This document shows positions 12,101-23,137 of a DNA stretch of 64,000 bases, piece by piece. The DNA comes from Setoptus koraiensis (Eukaryota > Animalia > Arthropoda). The stretch lies in contig CM106586.1 of assembly GCA_048013815.1 (NCBI GenBank), positions 2,604,001-2,668,000 of the forward strand, given 5' to 3'. The stretch's first letter is position 1, and every line of letters begins with the position of its first letter. The position numbers were made by a program, and so were the translations under genes. A model generated the notes under the pieces. The model made no database searches. It had not been told where the DNA came from and saw nothing but the letters and a program-made list of their open reading frames with translations.

Positions 12101-15100
12101 ATGACAGATTTAAATTGTCCATCTATAAACAGAATATCACCCAGCTTGGTTAATACACGATACAAAATGAGAGCAAAGTTAAATTGCAGCACCGGCTCCC
12201 GGTTGCCAACACAGCAACGCCATGACATGCAACCAACAAAAACATTGCTTAGATGCCATCATTCTAACCAATCGTTGTTATTATTATTTATTTACATTAT
12301 AACTATCATTACTATAAGTATTATGTCATTAATTGTGCCTGTAACATTAGCCACTAGTCGGCCCACATTTATTCGTGATATGAATATGCACACTATCAAA
12401 GAGAACACACGAATAGGCGAAGAGATTTACACTCTGTTGGCACAAGATCCCGATGGCGCCAAAGTTTTATACGGTATAGAGGAAACAAATCTGTTTGGTG
12501 TGGACAAATACACTGGAAGAGTTAGAGTTATTAACAATATAGATTTTGAAACAACAGGTGCCAATTTAAGATTAGTTGTTACAGCTACCAGTGTGCCAAC
12601 GCCGCAACAGATACAACAAAAGATACAACCTCCTACAGTCAAAATGAGTATCGATGTTAATATATTAGATGAGAATGATAATACTCCTAAAATAAGTCAA
12701 ATTCGTCTCAACAAAAATAGTTCGCTCATTGATACATCATCGTTACTAAGGAAACCATTTAAATTAAATGTCAGCGAAGACATTCAGCCAAATACTATTC
12801 TAATAGAACAAATTCAAGCAAACGATAAAGACACCATCGGAGAAACACCCTTGACCGCTATCTGTATGCAATGTGAGCCGGAATTTGAATTATTTGAATC
12901 AAGCGAAGAAAAAGTCTCTAGTCAAAGTATTGTTGTAGCTTTGAGAACGAAAAGTCAACTCAGTTACATACCAAAGAACAATATTAGAAGCTTGACATTA
13001 CTGGTAACGGATGGAAAATTTAATTCAAGTCTCAATGTTGAGATAAACATTCTAGACAAACAAAATAAGCCACCGAACTTCATTGGATCAGTTTCAGCTA
13101 TTGTTCCTGAGAATGCGCCCATCGATACAAAAATTATGACCATAAAGGCCATCGATGGCGATGCCACAGGAGACTTATCATATCAGATAGATACAGAACA
13201 TCAGAGACAAGTAGTATATACGATGAAAGATCATGTTGATTTTCCAGGTGCTAGCAAATATTTCCGTTTGGATCATATAACTGGAGATCTAGTTGTGGCT
13301 AATAGACTTGATAGAGAGGAATTCTTTTCTTCTGGTGGTGTTATTACCTTTATAGTTAAAGCCACAGAGGTAATAAGTAATCAAAGACCAGCAACCATGA
13401 TAGATTTCGCGAACGGTCAAGTGGCCAATATCCTAGATCCTGATGATAGTGCCTCCAGTGAAACATTAATAAAAGTTTTGCTGACTGATGTCAACGATAA
13501 CAGTCCACAATGGCTCAACAATTCTGATGTAAACAGATCAGAAAGGAATAATTTCTTCAATTCTGCTTATCTCGATACGGGAAGAATATATGAGGTGAAC
13601 ATTGAAGAAAATTCTCCACCAGGTACACCTCTGGGCCTATTGGATATGTATGTACAAGATATTGATAGTGGTATCAATAATCAATTCAAGATTGAACTCA
13701 TTGACTCATCAGGAAAATTCGATGTAGAACCTAAGTCCGCTTCAGGATACACATCCGTCAGTTTGAGAGTGGCTAAACAGGAAAGCGGAAACTCTGCAAC
13801 ATTGCTTGACTATGAAAATCTGAATGAAAGGAAGTTTGTTCTGCAAGTTGTAGCAACTGAAACTTTTACTAAGGAACAATTTTCCTCGACAGCAACAGTG
13901 AGAGTTAATGTGATAAATATTAACGACAATCCGCCTGAATTCAGGGAACAATTTTATCGAGGCAACGTTAGAGAAGACGCCCCTAAAGGCCGTTCCATTC
14001 TATCTATCACAGCTACTGATAAGGATATGTCGGAAATTCATTACTCGTTGATTGGCCACACAGCTCATTTGTTCGACATAAACCCGATTACTGGACTTGT
14101 AACTGTGGCTCAGTGCGATAGGAATGTGGTAGGCATCATAGGATGCATAGATTACGAGACACAGAAACAGCATCATATACTTGTACAAGCAACTGACGGA
14201 CAGCTTAACGCCGTAGTCCCACTGACGATCTATGTTGAGGATGCCTCGGATAATCCACCAATTATGCTTAGAGATACCTATGAGGCGGTCATCGAAGAGG
14301 GATTTGAACGTTTTGAGCCACCATTAAAAGTAGAGGCCATAGATGACGATCTCACTTCAATCATAACCTATTCAATTATTGAAGGAAACTTTGAGGGTTT
14401 ATTCACCATTAACAATTCTACCGGAGAAATACAATTAACGCGAAAGATAAAACTCAGCAACAATGGCGAAAGTCCTTTGAAGCTTATAGTTCAAGCCACT
14501 GATGGATTGTACTATTCAAATGCCACCATAAAAATCGATGTGCTTGATTCTAATGACAATGCCCCGAAATTTCCTAGGGATATTTATCAATTAGAAATCC
14601 CTTTGAATAGACCAGAAAAACGAAATATACTTCGACTAACTGCTCACGACACTGATAAAGGCCTCAATGCCAAGTTGTCTTACAAAATACAGCGTGGCTC
14701 TTTCGGGATGTTTGCCATAGATGAAAATTCAGGCGATCTATCTATTGAGGACGGTGTCAAATTCGATTTAGATAAAAAATCCGAATACCATCTGGAAGTT
14801 ATAGCTTTTGATCATGGCCTTATTTCAAAGTCCGGCACGGCGAACGTTTATGTTAAATTAAGGGATATCAACAATAAGCCACCTCAATTTACACCAAACA
14901 TCCAGAAAGCTGAGATTTTCGAAAATGTTCCTCCTCGAACAGTGATCCATCGTCTTCAAGTTTCAGAATCTGTTTTAGAGACGGGAGTAAAGTTACAATT
15001 TCAATCCGAACTGATCGAGGCACGAGATAAAAATGGTAACGCAGTAGTAGATATTGATTCTTTGAGGCAAAAATTAAGTGTAGACATGAGCACGGGAGAC

Positions 15101-18100
15101 GTAATTGCTTACGAAAAGCTAGACCACGATCAAGTTGCCTATATCAATATGACAGTAAGTTTGAAAGAAGATTCTCTTTACGCATTGAATTCGAAATCTT
15201 ATGGATATTTACTGATATCAGTCAAAGATTACAATGATAATCCGCCCAGTTTCGCCGCACCGTGGTCCCTGCTCAAGCCTGAACTACATTTCACAATGAA
15301 CGAGGAAAAATCGATTGGTTCGGCACTAGCACAATTAGTGGCGAGCGACATAGATTCTAAGATAAGCTATTTCAAGATAGATGCTCCTAATGATTATTTC
15401 GAACTCTCATCGCCACAATCAGGCACAATTGTCAACAAGCGAGTGATAGATTACGATACACTTATGACTAATAGCTACGACGCACAGTCGGATGGTGTGA
15501 CAGTGTTAGGCAATATTTTGCATTTTAATGTGTCCGTATTCGACTCAGGAGTTCCTCTATTATCAGCTCAGGCGAGAATTTATGTAGAGATTTTACCCAT
15601 AAATGACTGTGATTGTAAATTCAATCAATCATTTTATACTGCCACTGTTAAAGAGAACTCTCCTGAAGGAACATTCGTAGTTCAAACGAGAGCACATGAT
15701 AATGATTGGGGCCAACATGGTAGATTACTGTACTGCCTTCATGAGAATAACGATCAATTCAAGTTGGATCCGTCTACGGGAACTTTGAGAGTTGGCTCAG
15801 GTGGGCTCACAGCAAGCAATCGTGAGAAGGTACAATCAACACTAACGATGCATGTCATTGCCACTGATAATCAAAGAGATCCCGGAAAATGCGAAGAAAT
15901 AGATCCATCAGAATCACGAACCTGTTCAGCTCCCATCAAGATCACAATTGAAGATATCAACGATAATCCACCCCAATTCAGTCAAAAGTTTTATGAATTC
16001 AAAGCTTACGATGGAGACTCTTCAATTGCACCTATTGCGAAGTTATCGATCAAAGATCTCGACTCTAAAATTCCTGCTTTTGCATCATCAAAGAGGATGG
16101 CAAATCAATACTCCTTCAGAATAATCTCCGGCAACATAAATGAAATGTTCAATATCACCGATCAAGGTCTTATATTCTCGATAAAGAGTTTGAATTCCAC
16201 TAGCCTGACAGAATTCCGTCTCAAAATAGTTGTGAGCCAACATCATTCATCCATCTTGAGTGACGAATGTGAGGTCACCATCAAAGTCACTCCAATGAAT
16301 AGACATAGCCCGGAGTTTATTTTGCCTGCCAACGGTCAGGCATTTGTGAATGAAAGTGGCCCTACTGATCTATTTGTCACCCAAGTAAAATGTAAGGATG
16401 ATGACTATGGACTTCCATCCGACGACTATAGCATACGATATTCTTTCAAAGTAAATGCCCTTGATGTTCAGGAAACCGACCAATTTATTATAGATTCAAA
16501 AACTGGAAATATTACTACAAAGGTTTCGCTGGATAGAGAGACGAAATCTTATTACCAACTTATTGTAGCCTGTAATGATAATGGTCTACCTCAGGCTCTC
16601 GAAACTTTGTCACTTATTAATGTTCATGTTCTAGACATTGATGACAACAAACCTGAATTTCTATTAAGCACTCATCAACTTCAGCAAAACAAACTTCGTC
16701 AACTTCAATATAAGACTTTGAATGCAGGAGGACAATTCAAAAGTAACTTTGCCGCACCTTTAGTTGTTGAGTTTCAAGTTGATGAAAAACAAGGCCGAAA
16801 TATGATAGTTGGTGAAATCAAGGCTATTGATCAAGATCAGATCAGTGGTCCTATGAGATATTGCATAATTGATGGCAATGAGTTTCAAGAGTTCTACATT
16901 GATAGAGATACAGGCATAATTTATGCCAATCAGACCCTAGATCGCGAGAAACAATCTTTTCATGATCTGACAATCAAAGCTGTTAATGATGGTCTAAGTT
17001 GTGAGGAACATATCAACAACTTGTCTATAAAATCATCAGCCTCTGCCAATCCAATTAACTCATTCAACCAATTCAATCAGTTGACTCAGAAGACAAATTA
17101 TGCCAATTTCGGTCCTAACTCTATCCATGGCTTCAAAGATAACTCTATGATAAAGGTTAGGATACAAGTGAATGATGTCAACGATAATAAACCAATCTTC
17201 AAGAAGAGCCATTATAAAGTAGGTGTTCGACATAGAGCATTAGTGAATACCTCAGTAACTCAGATTGTCGCTTTTGACCCGGACAATGGTATCAACGCAT
17301 CTGTAAGTTATACAATATCGGGGGTTTCATTGTATAAGAGGCAAAACCTTGGTAACAATAACAATAATCATTATGGCTTGCAACTAAAACAACGATTAGT
17401 TCAAAGTCCATTCCGAATAGATAAGAACGGTTATGTATATACAACTCAACTGTTAACTCAATATCCCTTAGCATCAATGTTCTCAATCAACATTGAGGCA
17501 CAAGAGAGAGTTCCTCCGCAAAGAATAGCTACAACAAAATTGGACATATGGACCTATGAAACTTATCATCAGGTCAGAATCAAAGTGAACATGAGAGTAA
17601 AGACAATTGAACAACGCAGAGATGAGATTGAGGATGTTATGTCAAATATTACTAAATGCAGTGCCATTATAAATGATATAAAGAGCTATTATGATACAAG
17701 TCGATGGATTATTAACAGTCACAATGCAGGCAAGGTTGTGGTCGGGGACGATCATGGTCATGTTGAATCAGCCAATGGTCACCTAAATTATCTCAATCAT
17801 AAATTAACCTTCAGCAAATTTAACGGCAATCTGCTTGGAAGCTCGAATGATGATCCTGAAGAAGCAACAGCTAGCAATCTATATTTGATATTTGTAGACG
17901 ACAATAATAGATTAATCAATCCACAGACTGTAATTGAAAGATTTGATGTTAGTAGTGCTCACCTGTTCAAATCTCAAGATGACAAAGAAACAGATCCGAA
18001 TAACAATCAGAGGGGCACATACTTTAGTATGCCAGTGCCTGAACCATTTATCGATAATATTGCACTGGCTTCTTCACAGTTAGAAAGCCTACAGCAGTAT

Positions 18101-18595
18101 TCAATATTGAGCAACGAAATTTTGGATGTACCAACACTATTTGTGATTGTCACAGCTTTTCTCACATTCATAGGATCTATTATGATGTGTATAGGTTGTT
18201 GTTGTATGAAGAATTGGTATAGAGATCATTTAGTCAGAAATGCCACTAAGAAGCTTATCAAACAGCATGCAGTTCAAGCCAAAATAAACGAACAAATGCT
18301 TGCGGCAGCAGCTATTGTGCAACAACAACAGGATATCATGTCGGCTTCTAGTGCAAATATGGCATCATTGGATGCTATTAATTGCACCAATAATAACAAT
18401 GAGAACATAAGTATTATCAGAGCTATGAATGCAAACAACACATCCACATTGCAAGGTATAGTTAATCAAGGAGCTCACCTCTATGATAATCCGAATAATG
18501 CTCTAATTGATGATACCGGACATAATAATGGAATGACAACTATACGCGGTGGTCTCACCAATGCTCAAAGAAGACAACAATTACCAAATGAGTGA
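12101..18595 (+). CDS. Large non-classical cadherin, Cad87A/cadherin-23-type (roughly 14 EC repeats, single TM), 2164 aa; probable extra terminal exon 18681-18819
   Basis: Repeated DxNDNxPxF, LDRE/LDYE and AxDxD motifs; signal-like hydrophobic stretch at aa ~58-84 (true start may be the Met near 12227); TM LFVIVTAFLTFIGSIMMCIGCCC. The stop codon overlaps GA|gtgagt, which pairs with ttcag|18681 (89-bp intron) to add DDPLNQKIQPTSWEEEKM...EALLEESTDHVSS*. Confidence 0.9.
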   Translation: MTDLNCPSINRISPSLVNTRYKMRAKLNCSTGSRLPTQQRHDMQPTKTLLRCHHSNQSLLLLFIYIITIITISIMSLIVPVTLATSRPTFIRDMNMHTIKENTRIGEEIYTLLAQDPDGAKVLYGIEETNLFGVDKYTGRVRVINNIDFETTGANLRLVVTATSVPTPQQIQQKIQPPTVKMSIDVNILDENDNTPKISQIRLNKNSSLIDTSSLLRKPFKLNVSEDIQPNTILIEQIQANDKDTIGETPLTAICMQCEPEFELFESSEEKVSSQSIVVALRTKSQLSYIPKNNIRSLTLLVTDGKFNSSLNVEINILDKQNKPPNFIGSVSAIVPENAPIDTKIMTIKAIDGDATGDLSYQIDTEHQRQVVYTMKDHVDFPGASKYFRLDHITGDLVVANRLDREEFFSSGGVITFIVKATEVISNQRPATMIDFANGQVANILDPDDSASSETLIKVLLTDVNDNSPQWLNNSDVNRSERNNFFNSAYLDTGRIYEVNIEENSPPGTPLGLLDMYVQDIDSGINNQFKIELIDSSGKFDVEPKSASGYTSVSLRVAKQESGNSATLLDYENLNERKFVLQVVATETFTKEQFSSTATVRVNVININDNPPEFREQFYRGNVREDAPKGRSILSITATDKDMSEIHYSLIGHTAHLFDINPITGLVTVAQCDRNVVGIIGCIDYETQKQHHILVQATDGQLNAVVPLTIYVEDASDNPPIMLRDTYEAVIEEGFERFEPPLKVEAIDDDLTSIITYSIIEGNFEGLFTINNSTGEIQLTRKIKLSNNGESPLKLIVQATDGLYYSNATIKIDVLDSNDNAPKFPRDIYQLEIPLNRPEKRNILRLTAHDTDKGLNAKLSYKIQRGSFGMFAIDENSGDLSIEDGVKFDLDKKSEYHLEVIAFDHGLISKSGTANVYVKLRDINNKPPQFTPNIQKAEIFENVPPRTVIHRLQVSESVLETGVKLQFQSELIEARDKNGNAVVDIDSLRQKLSVDMSTGDVIAYEKLDHDQVAYINMTVSLKEDSLYALNSKSYGYLLISVKDYNDNPPSFAAPWSLLKPELHFTMNEEKSIGSALAQLVASDIDSKISYFKIDAPNDYFELSSPQSGTIVNKRVIDYDTLMTNSYDAQSDGVTVLGNILHFNVSVFDSGVPLLSAQARIYVEILPINDCDCKFNQSFYTATVKENSPEGTFVVQTRAHDNDWGQHGRLLYCLHENNDQFKLDPSTGTLRVGSGGLTASNREKVQSTLTMHVIATDNQRDPGKCEEIDPSESRTCSAPIKITIEDINDNPPQFSQKFYEFKAYDGDSSIAPIAKLSIKDLDSKIPAFASSKRMANQYSFRIISGNINEMFNITDQGLIFSIKSLNSTSLTEFRLKIVVSQHHSSILSDECEVTIKVTPMNRHSPEFILPANGQAFVNESGPTDLFVTQVKCKDDDYGLPSDDYSIRYSFKVNALDVQETDQFIIDSKTGNITTKVSLDRETKSYYQLIVACNDNGLPQALETLSLINVHVLDIDDNKPEFLLSTHQLQQNKLRQLQYKTLNAGGQFKSNFAAPLVVEFQVDEKQGRNMIVGEIKAIDQDQISGPMRYCIIDGNEFQEFYIDRDTGIIYANQTLDREKQSFHDLTIKAVNDGLSCEEHINNLSIKSSASANPINSFNQFNQLTQKTNYANFGPNSIHGFKDNSMIKVRIQVNDVNDNKPIFKKSHYKVGVRHRALVNTSVTQIVAFDPDNGINASVSYTISGVSLYKRQNLGNNNNNHYGLQLKQRLVQSPFRIDKNGYVYTTQLLTQYPLASMFSINIEAQERVPPQRIATTKLDIWTYETYHQVRIKVNMRVKTIEQRRDEIEDVMSNITKCSAIINDIKSYYDTSRWIINSHNAGKVVVGDDHGHVESANGHLNYLNHKLTFSKFNGNLLGSSNDDPEEATASNLYLIFVDDNNRLINPQTVIERFDVSSAHLFKSQDDKETDPNNNQRGTYFSMPVPEPFIDNIALASSQLESLQQYSILSNEILDVPTLFVIVTAFLTFIGSIMMCIGCCCMKNWYRDHLVRNATKKLIKQHAVQAKINEQMLAAAAIVQQQQDIMSASSANMASLDAINCTNNNNENISIIRAMNANNTSTLQGIVNQGAHLYDNPNNALIDDTGHNNGMTTIRGGLTNAQRRQQLPNE

Positions 18596-18750
18596 GTTAA
18601 TACAATTGATACTAGTTTTTTCTTTATACATTTCTGTCAAGACCGATACTAACTTGTTCAAAACGCTTTCGATAATTCAGCGACCCACTAAACCAGAAGA
18701 TACAGCCCACCTCTTGGGAAGAAGAAAAGATGGCGGCGAACAATGACAAT

Positions 18751-18849
18751 CAACGCAAACGCGACAAACTACACTTTGAAGCCTTATTGGAAGAATCCAC
18801 TGACCATGTTTCAAGTTAGTCCATTCAATAAGAATATTCAATTTACATT
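18751..18849 (+). repeat. 99-bp direct repeat, copy 2 (copy 1 at 9943-10041)
   Basis: caacgcaaacgcgacaaa...gaagccttattggaagaatccactg...ccattcaataagaatattcaatttacatt is shared with 9943-10041. Confidence 0.95.
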
Positions 18850-19165
18850 TGGCCATCGAATAAAGTCTATATTACCATAGGCCCGAGCAAGATATTTTAC
18901 TTCTTTTTTTCCGAAGTGTATCGTGGCTCAACCTAATGGAGCCATTTCAGTAGAGGAATCTCATGAAGACAACCATATAGATATGGATGTGGTGAATAAA
19001 TTTATCTTTTTATTAAATTTTTTGTTTAAAGCTCTTCTTCTGCAGGTTTTGTGGTTCGTTTCACTTTTATTGACTGTTCGTCGTTAGATAGCTTATACGT
19101 TTCTTTGCACTATATAGTATGACAAGTGTTGTTGCAATGTTATCGAGAATAGATGGAATATAAAT

Positions 19166-21194
19166 CTATGATTCTTTTTCCTTCATGGCGTCTGTTACCT
19201 CTTCAATGAAAGAACTGAAATTATGTATTGAGGTACCACCGAGAATAATTTTTAGTTTTGTTTGACTTTGATTGACTTTTTCCACACATAATGCCTCATC
19301 ATATGTCGCACCACCTATGACGAATATGACCAACTCTTGTAGGTCATTCTTTGATTGCTGTATAGTTTCATTTTGATGAATAAATTGTGATTCTTTCAGT
19401 TTACATCTCCGGGCATCCTCAATTATTTTGTACATTGTTGGACGATATCTAGTTAGAACGTTATCAATACCTCGGAGGCCCTGAGCTAGCTTGCGAGTAA
19501 AAGATTCTACTTTGACTTTCACAATTTCATCGAATTGACTGGTCGCCTTCGACAAAGAGAACTCTCTTAGATATCTGATAAACTTGATATTTCCGAATCA
19601 TGAAGAAAAAAAAAATAGTTTGTTACATCGCAAAATCATCCATCATAGTTGAAAATAGTCAACATTTTTTTTTTGACTCACCTCAATATCTTCGGCTGTA
19701 ATATCCGGCCTACCTTTAAGTAGCTGAATCAAACCTTTGGTATTATTATCTGAAGAGCCTGTCTTACATAAACAGTATAAGGAAACCAACCTGAGCGCGT
19801 CAATAGGACGGACTGTATTGCATGAGATCAGCGGTCGAATCTTTTTCAATATATCATCTGAGAATGAACTACAAGCAATCTCTTGCTCACATTCTGATAT
19901 AGCAAATAAGTTGTGCTCTTTCACTATTCTGGACAATTCACCTAGAATCAAAACATGATTCTTCACATAACTGGAAATTCTCTTTGTCTCAGGCCTTTCT
20001 TGTATGAAACGTTTCATATCACCAATGGTCTTGGTGCTCTGTTGTTTGTATTGTTGCGAATGATTACGAATGGCGTCAAATTCCATTTTAAGATTTGATC
20101 CCACTTCTCCATAATTTAAAGTGCAGTTTCTTTCGAAGAATTCATCCTGTTCGGTTGATATAATCAACTCTTTAGGATATTGAGGTTTGCGATCGGGTAT
20201 GTTTGACAGATTAACTCTGTTATTAACTATATTCAATTGCTCATGCAACATTGCTTGATAAGTCCACTTGTTGATAATCGGTGTTATGAGATCAATTCTT
20301 CTATCTAGGATTAGTAATACTGAAGTAGGGTTTGGTGCGCAATTCGCTCTGAAAGTAGGATTCAAGGTCTCTTCTTGTTTCAATAGAATCCTTATTCTGT
20401 CGGCTAATAATCTACACATTACCGACTGAGTTTGATACCTGATCACTGGATACACTCGTAGGGCCAGAAGGACACTGGCTAAACCCTCCGAAGCTCTCGA
20501 TAGGCCCTCAGATTTCCACATATTTTTCTTGAGATCATAACAACTCTTAAATAAATTAAGTGAAAAAATTGTTGGAGTTATTGCTATGTAGTCCATTGGA
20601 AGTTCGAGTAGATATCGGACGACTTCATTTCCGTCTGCCTCTGCGATCTTACTAACATGATCGGGAGACAATCTTCCAGTGAAATCTAGAACGTACAGAC
20701 ATAATATTGGAGAATACAAAGAGTTATTTTTTGGGAAGTTGAATTTGGTAATTATCGATGATAATAATTTCATTGAACACTTACACAGATAGTAGGTTCT
20801 ATAATGGGGTGAGCTTAACTCTCTGCACAAAAGATCGATGTTAGCTTTTGTAGGTCTTAGTAAAGCCAGACATTTCAGATATTTCAGACTGTCCTTAGAA
20901 TATCCAATATCTTCAATACGTTCAAACATGTAAACTTCCCTCATCAGCATCTCTGATCTTGAACATCCAACGCTCATCACGGAAGTCTAAGCAAAATTAT
21001 AAGATGAGATTATTTTATTGTATTTTACAATCATCGTGAGTTGAATATGGTGGCAACAATTGAAACATCTCAGCAATGTTTTGCAATCAATGCGGACTTA
21101 CTGTTACTTCATCCAAAAGCATGGTCTTCATTCCCGTGCCCGAGGTTTGAGTGATACTGTCTATGCATGATCTGAGTGGTCTGATGAGGTCCAT
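19166..21194 (-). CDS. VPS45: Vacuolar protein sorting 45 (Sec1/Munc18 family); exons 21194-21102, 20986-20785, 20685-19682, ~19582-19166
   Basis: Exon 1 MDLIRPLRSCIDSITQTSGTGMKTMLLDEVT joins TSVMSVGCSRSEMLMREVYMFERIE (Vps45 GPGMKVLLMD..T..VS.VYTQSEILQKEVYLFERI). Also LLILDRRIDLITPIINKWTYQAMLHE and VIFVIGGATYDEA. Introns 20987-21101, 20686-20784 and ~19583-19681. Confidence 0.92.
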
Positions 21195-21374
21195 GGAATC
21201 CCCAACTTATTTTGTAACGTAGAAAAATAACAATTTTTTTTCTTATATTCTAGCTATATAGTCTTTGCTAATAAAGAAGATAAACAACAAAATTTTGGCT
21301 GTTATCGTTGCATTATTCCTTGCAATGAAATATGATCAGCTGGTCAGAAAACAACTGAGTTAGCGCAACAATCA

Positions 21375-22283
21375 TTGCGCAAATGTAAGGCTACTGTGAG
21401 AAGGTTAGATTGGAAGCTTATCACTACTATTAATGAATTCACAATGGAATCGGATAGAAGAAACGTCACCTTTCAGGATTTGCCCCTGTTAGACAATCAG
21501 ATATTATTTACTGTGATAGAGTTAAACTATAGCGACAAACAAGTGGTTAATGAGATGATTTATAGGTGGTGTCGTATTATAACTAGAGCACACAAGACTT
21601 CGAGGAACAAACAACAGCAACAACAGCAACAACAGTCTTTGTCTGATTTGACGTTGGCCGAAATGAGAAGGGTTCTCATATTAGATTTAACTGGTTCCTT
21701 GAGCATCATAAGACTATTGAATATATTAAAACAAGACAATAGACGGTCACGTATAATAGGCCTAACAAGGGGTTGCAAAATCAACTCGTCACTAGTTACA
21801 TTGCATCATTATATTTGTAAGCAAGAGAAGTATTTGAAATCTATCAAATTATTAGTTATCTATCATGATGAATTCTTCATTGATCGCACATTGACATTAC
21901 TATCCAAAGAGAAAAGCAAACATAAATTTCATATATTGCTTATAGTGCCCAAATTGCACAGGAATAATATTGACTTCCTACAGACTATTACTCACCAGAA
22001 GTTATCATGTAATTTTGTTAGGAATCGAAAAGAGGTAGGAGAGTCGGCATCGGAGACCACTCAAGCAGATTATTCTATTATGGCGAATCAAGTAAAATTT
22101 ACCAAATTTATTGGATCCAGGAGATTGTCCGAGACACTTGGTGAGATCAAATACGATGGACTATACCTGAATACAGACAGACTAAAGTCAAGTATGAGTA
22201 TGAGCATTAGTACAAACTTCAGTATGAGTGTGAACGACAATGATGCATTGACACCCGATAAGAAAAGACATAAAACTGAATAA
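21375..22283 (+). CDS. Hypothetical protein (302 aa; likely start MESDRR near 21444); possibly a highly diverged RAD51-paralog/RecA-fold protein
   Basis: Long ORF divergent from VPS45. RRVLILDLTGSLSIIRLLNIL resembles VLYIDTEGSF..ERL and IKLLVIYHD resembles the Walker B region, but no Walker A is visible. Confidence 0.55.
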   Translation: MRKCKATVRRLDWKLITTINEFTMESDRRNVTFQDLPLLDNQILFTVIELNYSDKQVVNEMIYRWCRIITRAHKTSRNKQQQQQQQQSLSDLTLAEMRRVLILDLTGSLSIIRLLNILKQDNRRSRIIGLTRGCKINSSLVTLHHYICKQEKYLKSIKLLVIYHDEFFIDRTLTLLSKEKSKHKFHILLIVPKLHRNNIDFLQTITHQKLSCNFVRNRKEVGESASETTQADYSIMANQVKFTKFIGSRRLSETLGEIKYDGLYLNTDRLKSSMSMSISTNFSMSVNDNDALTPDKKRHKTE

Positions 22284-22812
22284 CAAAACTACTCGAGCAG
22301 CAAACAAAAGTAGACATAAAACAAAGCCGAAAAATGATCGAGAGAGGACCCGTTCGGGTCAGGAAAGAGTCTTAGTAATATTGTATTACAGTTTGATCAC
22401 CATCATTACGTGCAGTTGTGTCTGTTACCATTGGAATATCTTTTTTGTTACCCTGTGATTCGTATAATTGGTCGTATAATTGTGTTATCATTACATTGTT
22501 GATAATCACGAATACGTGTCGAAAACGAAGAAAAAAGTTATTCGCAGCAAGTGTTTCTTCTCGGGTCATTTTCATTGCGAAGCTTGTTATGGCACCTTTT
22601 CTTTTCTCAGCTTTGTTTGCGCACACTCACTGGCTGCCTTAGAAGGTCATTGAAGGTGTCCAAATAATAGTCAAACATCGCTCATACCAGATTAGAATTG
22701 TTGGTTTGTATTCAATCTAATTATTTACGATCATTTTATTTAATTTATATATTGAACTTGAGCTCAAAGGACACCTAACAGGGACAGTCTCGCAAGGCAA
22801 CATTAAGAAAAT

Positions 22813-23061
22813 ATGGGCAAAAGATTTGGAAATCTCTATTATATGCGAAACATTATTTACCATCGTGTTTCTAGTTATGAGCAAAAGGCCTTCCCAAATT
22901 TCTGGCGAGATTCTCTGAAGAATGTGGTCAACGAGGTCAGATTTAACGCCCCATTCATCCTACCACCATTGGCATTTTACTCGATGGTCTACATCTATAT
23001 GAAGCAAGAAGAAGAAAAGGCCTCAAGAAAGAACCCCAATGACTTTATCAACGATGAATAA
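22813..23061 (+). CDS. UQCRQ: Cytochrome b-c1 complex subunit 8 (QCR8), 82 aa, intronless
   Basis: MGKRFGNL..MRNIIYHRVSSYEQKAFP...ILPPL...Y...EEEKASRKNPNDFINDE matches UQCRQ in length and motifs. Confidence 0.93.
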   Translation: MGKRFGNLYYMRNIIYHRVSSYEQKAFPNFWRDSLKNVVNEVRFNAPFILPPLAFYSMVYIYMKQEEEKASRKNPNDFINDE

Positions 23062-23137
23062 GTAATAGTGAATAAGCCAAACAATAAATAGTTACTAAAT
23101 GTACTACAAGATTTACTGAAGAATTTACATTTATCAA

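Noticed and set aside
18588-18746. MSELIQLILVFSLYISVKT... signal-peptide-like ORF overlapping the cadherin stop
   Set aside because: More simply explained as the 89-bp cadherin intron (polypyrimidine-derived hydrophobic codons) plus the terminal exon.
22347-22360. GACCC-GTTC-GGGTC hairpin after the 302-aa ORF
   Set aside because: A 5-6 bp stem is expected by chance; intrinsic terminators are not relevant in a eukaryote.
22372-22642. Overlapping 84-aa (-) and 74-aa (+) ORFs
   Set aside because: No motifs; likely UTR or promoter of the flanking genes.
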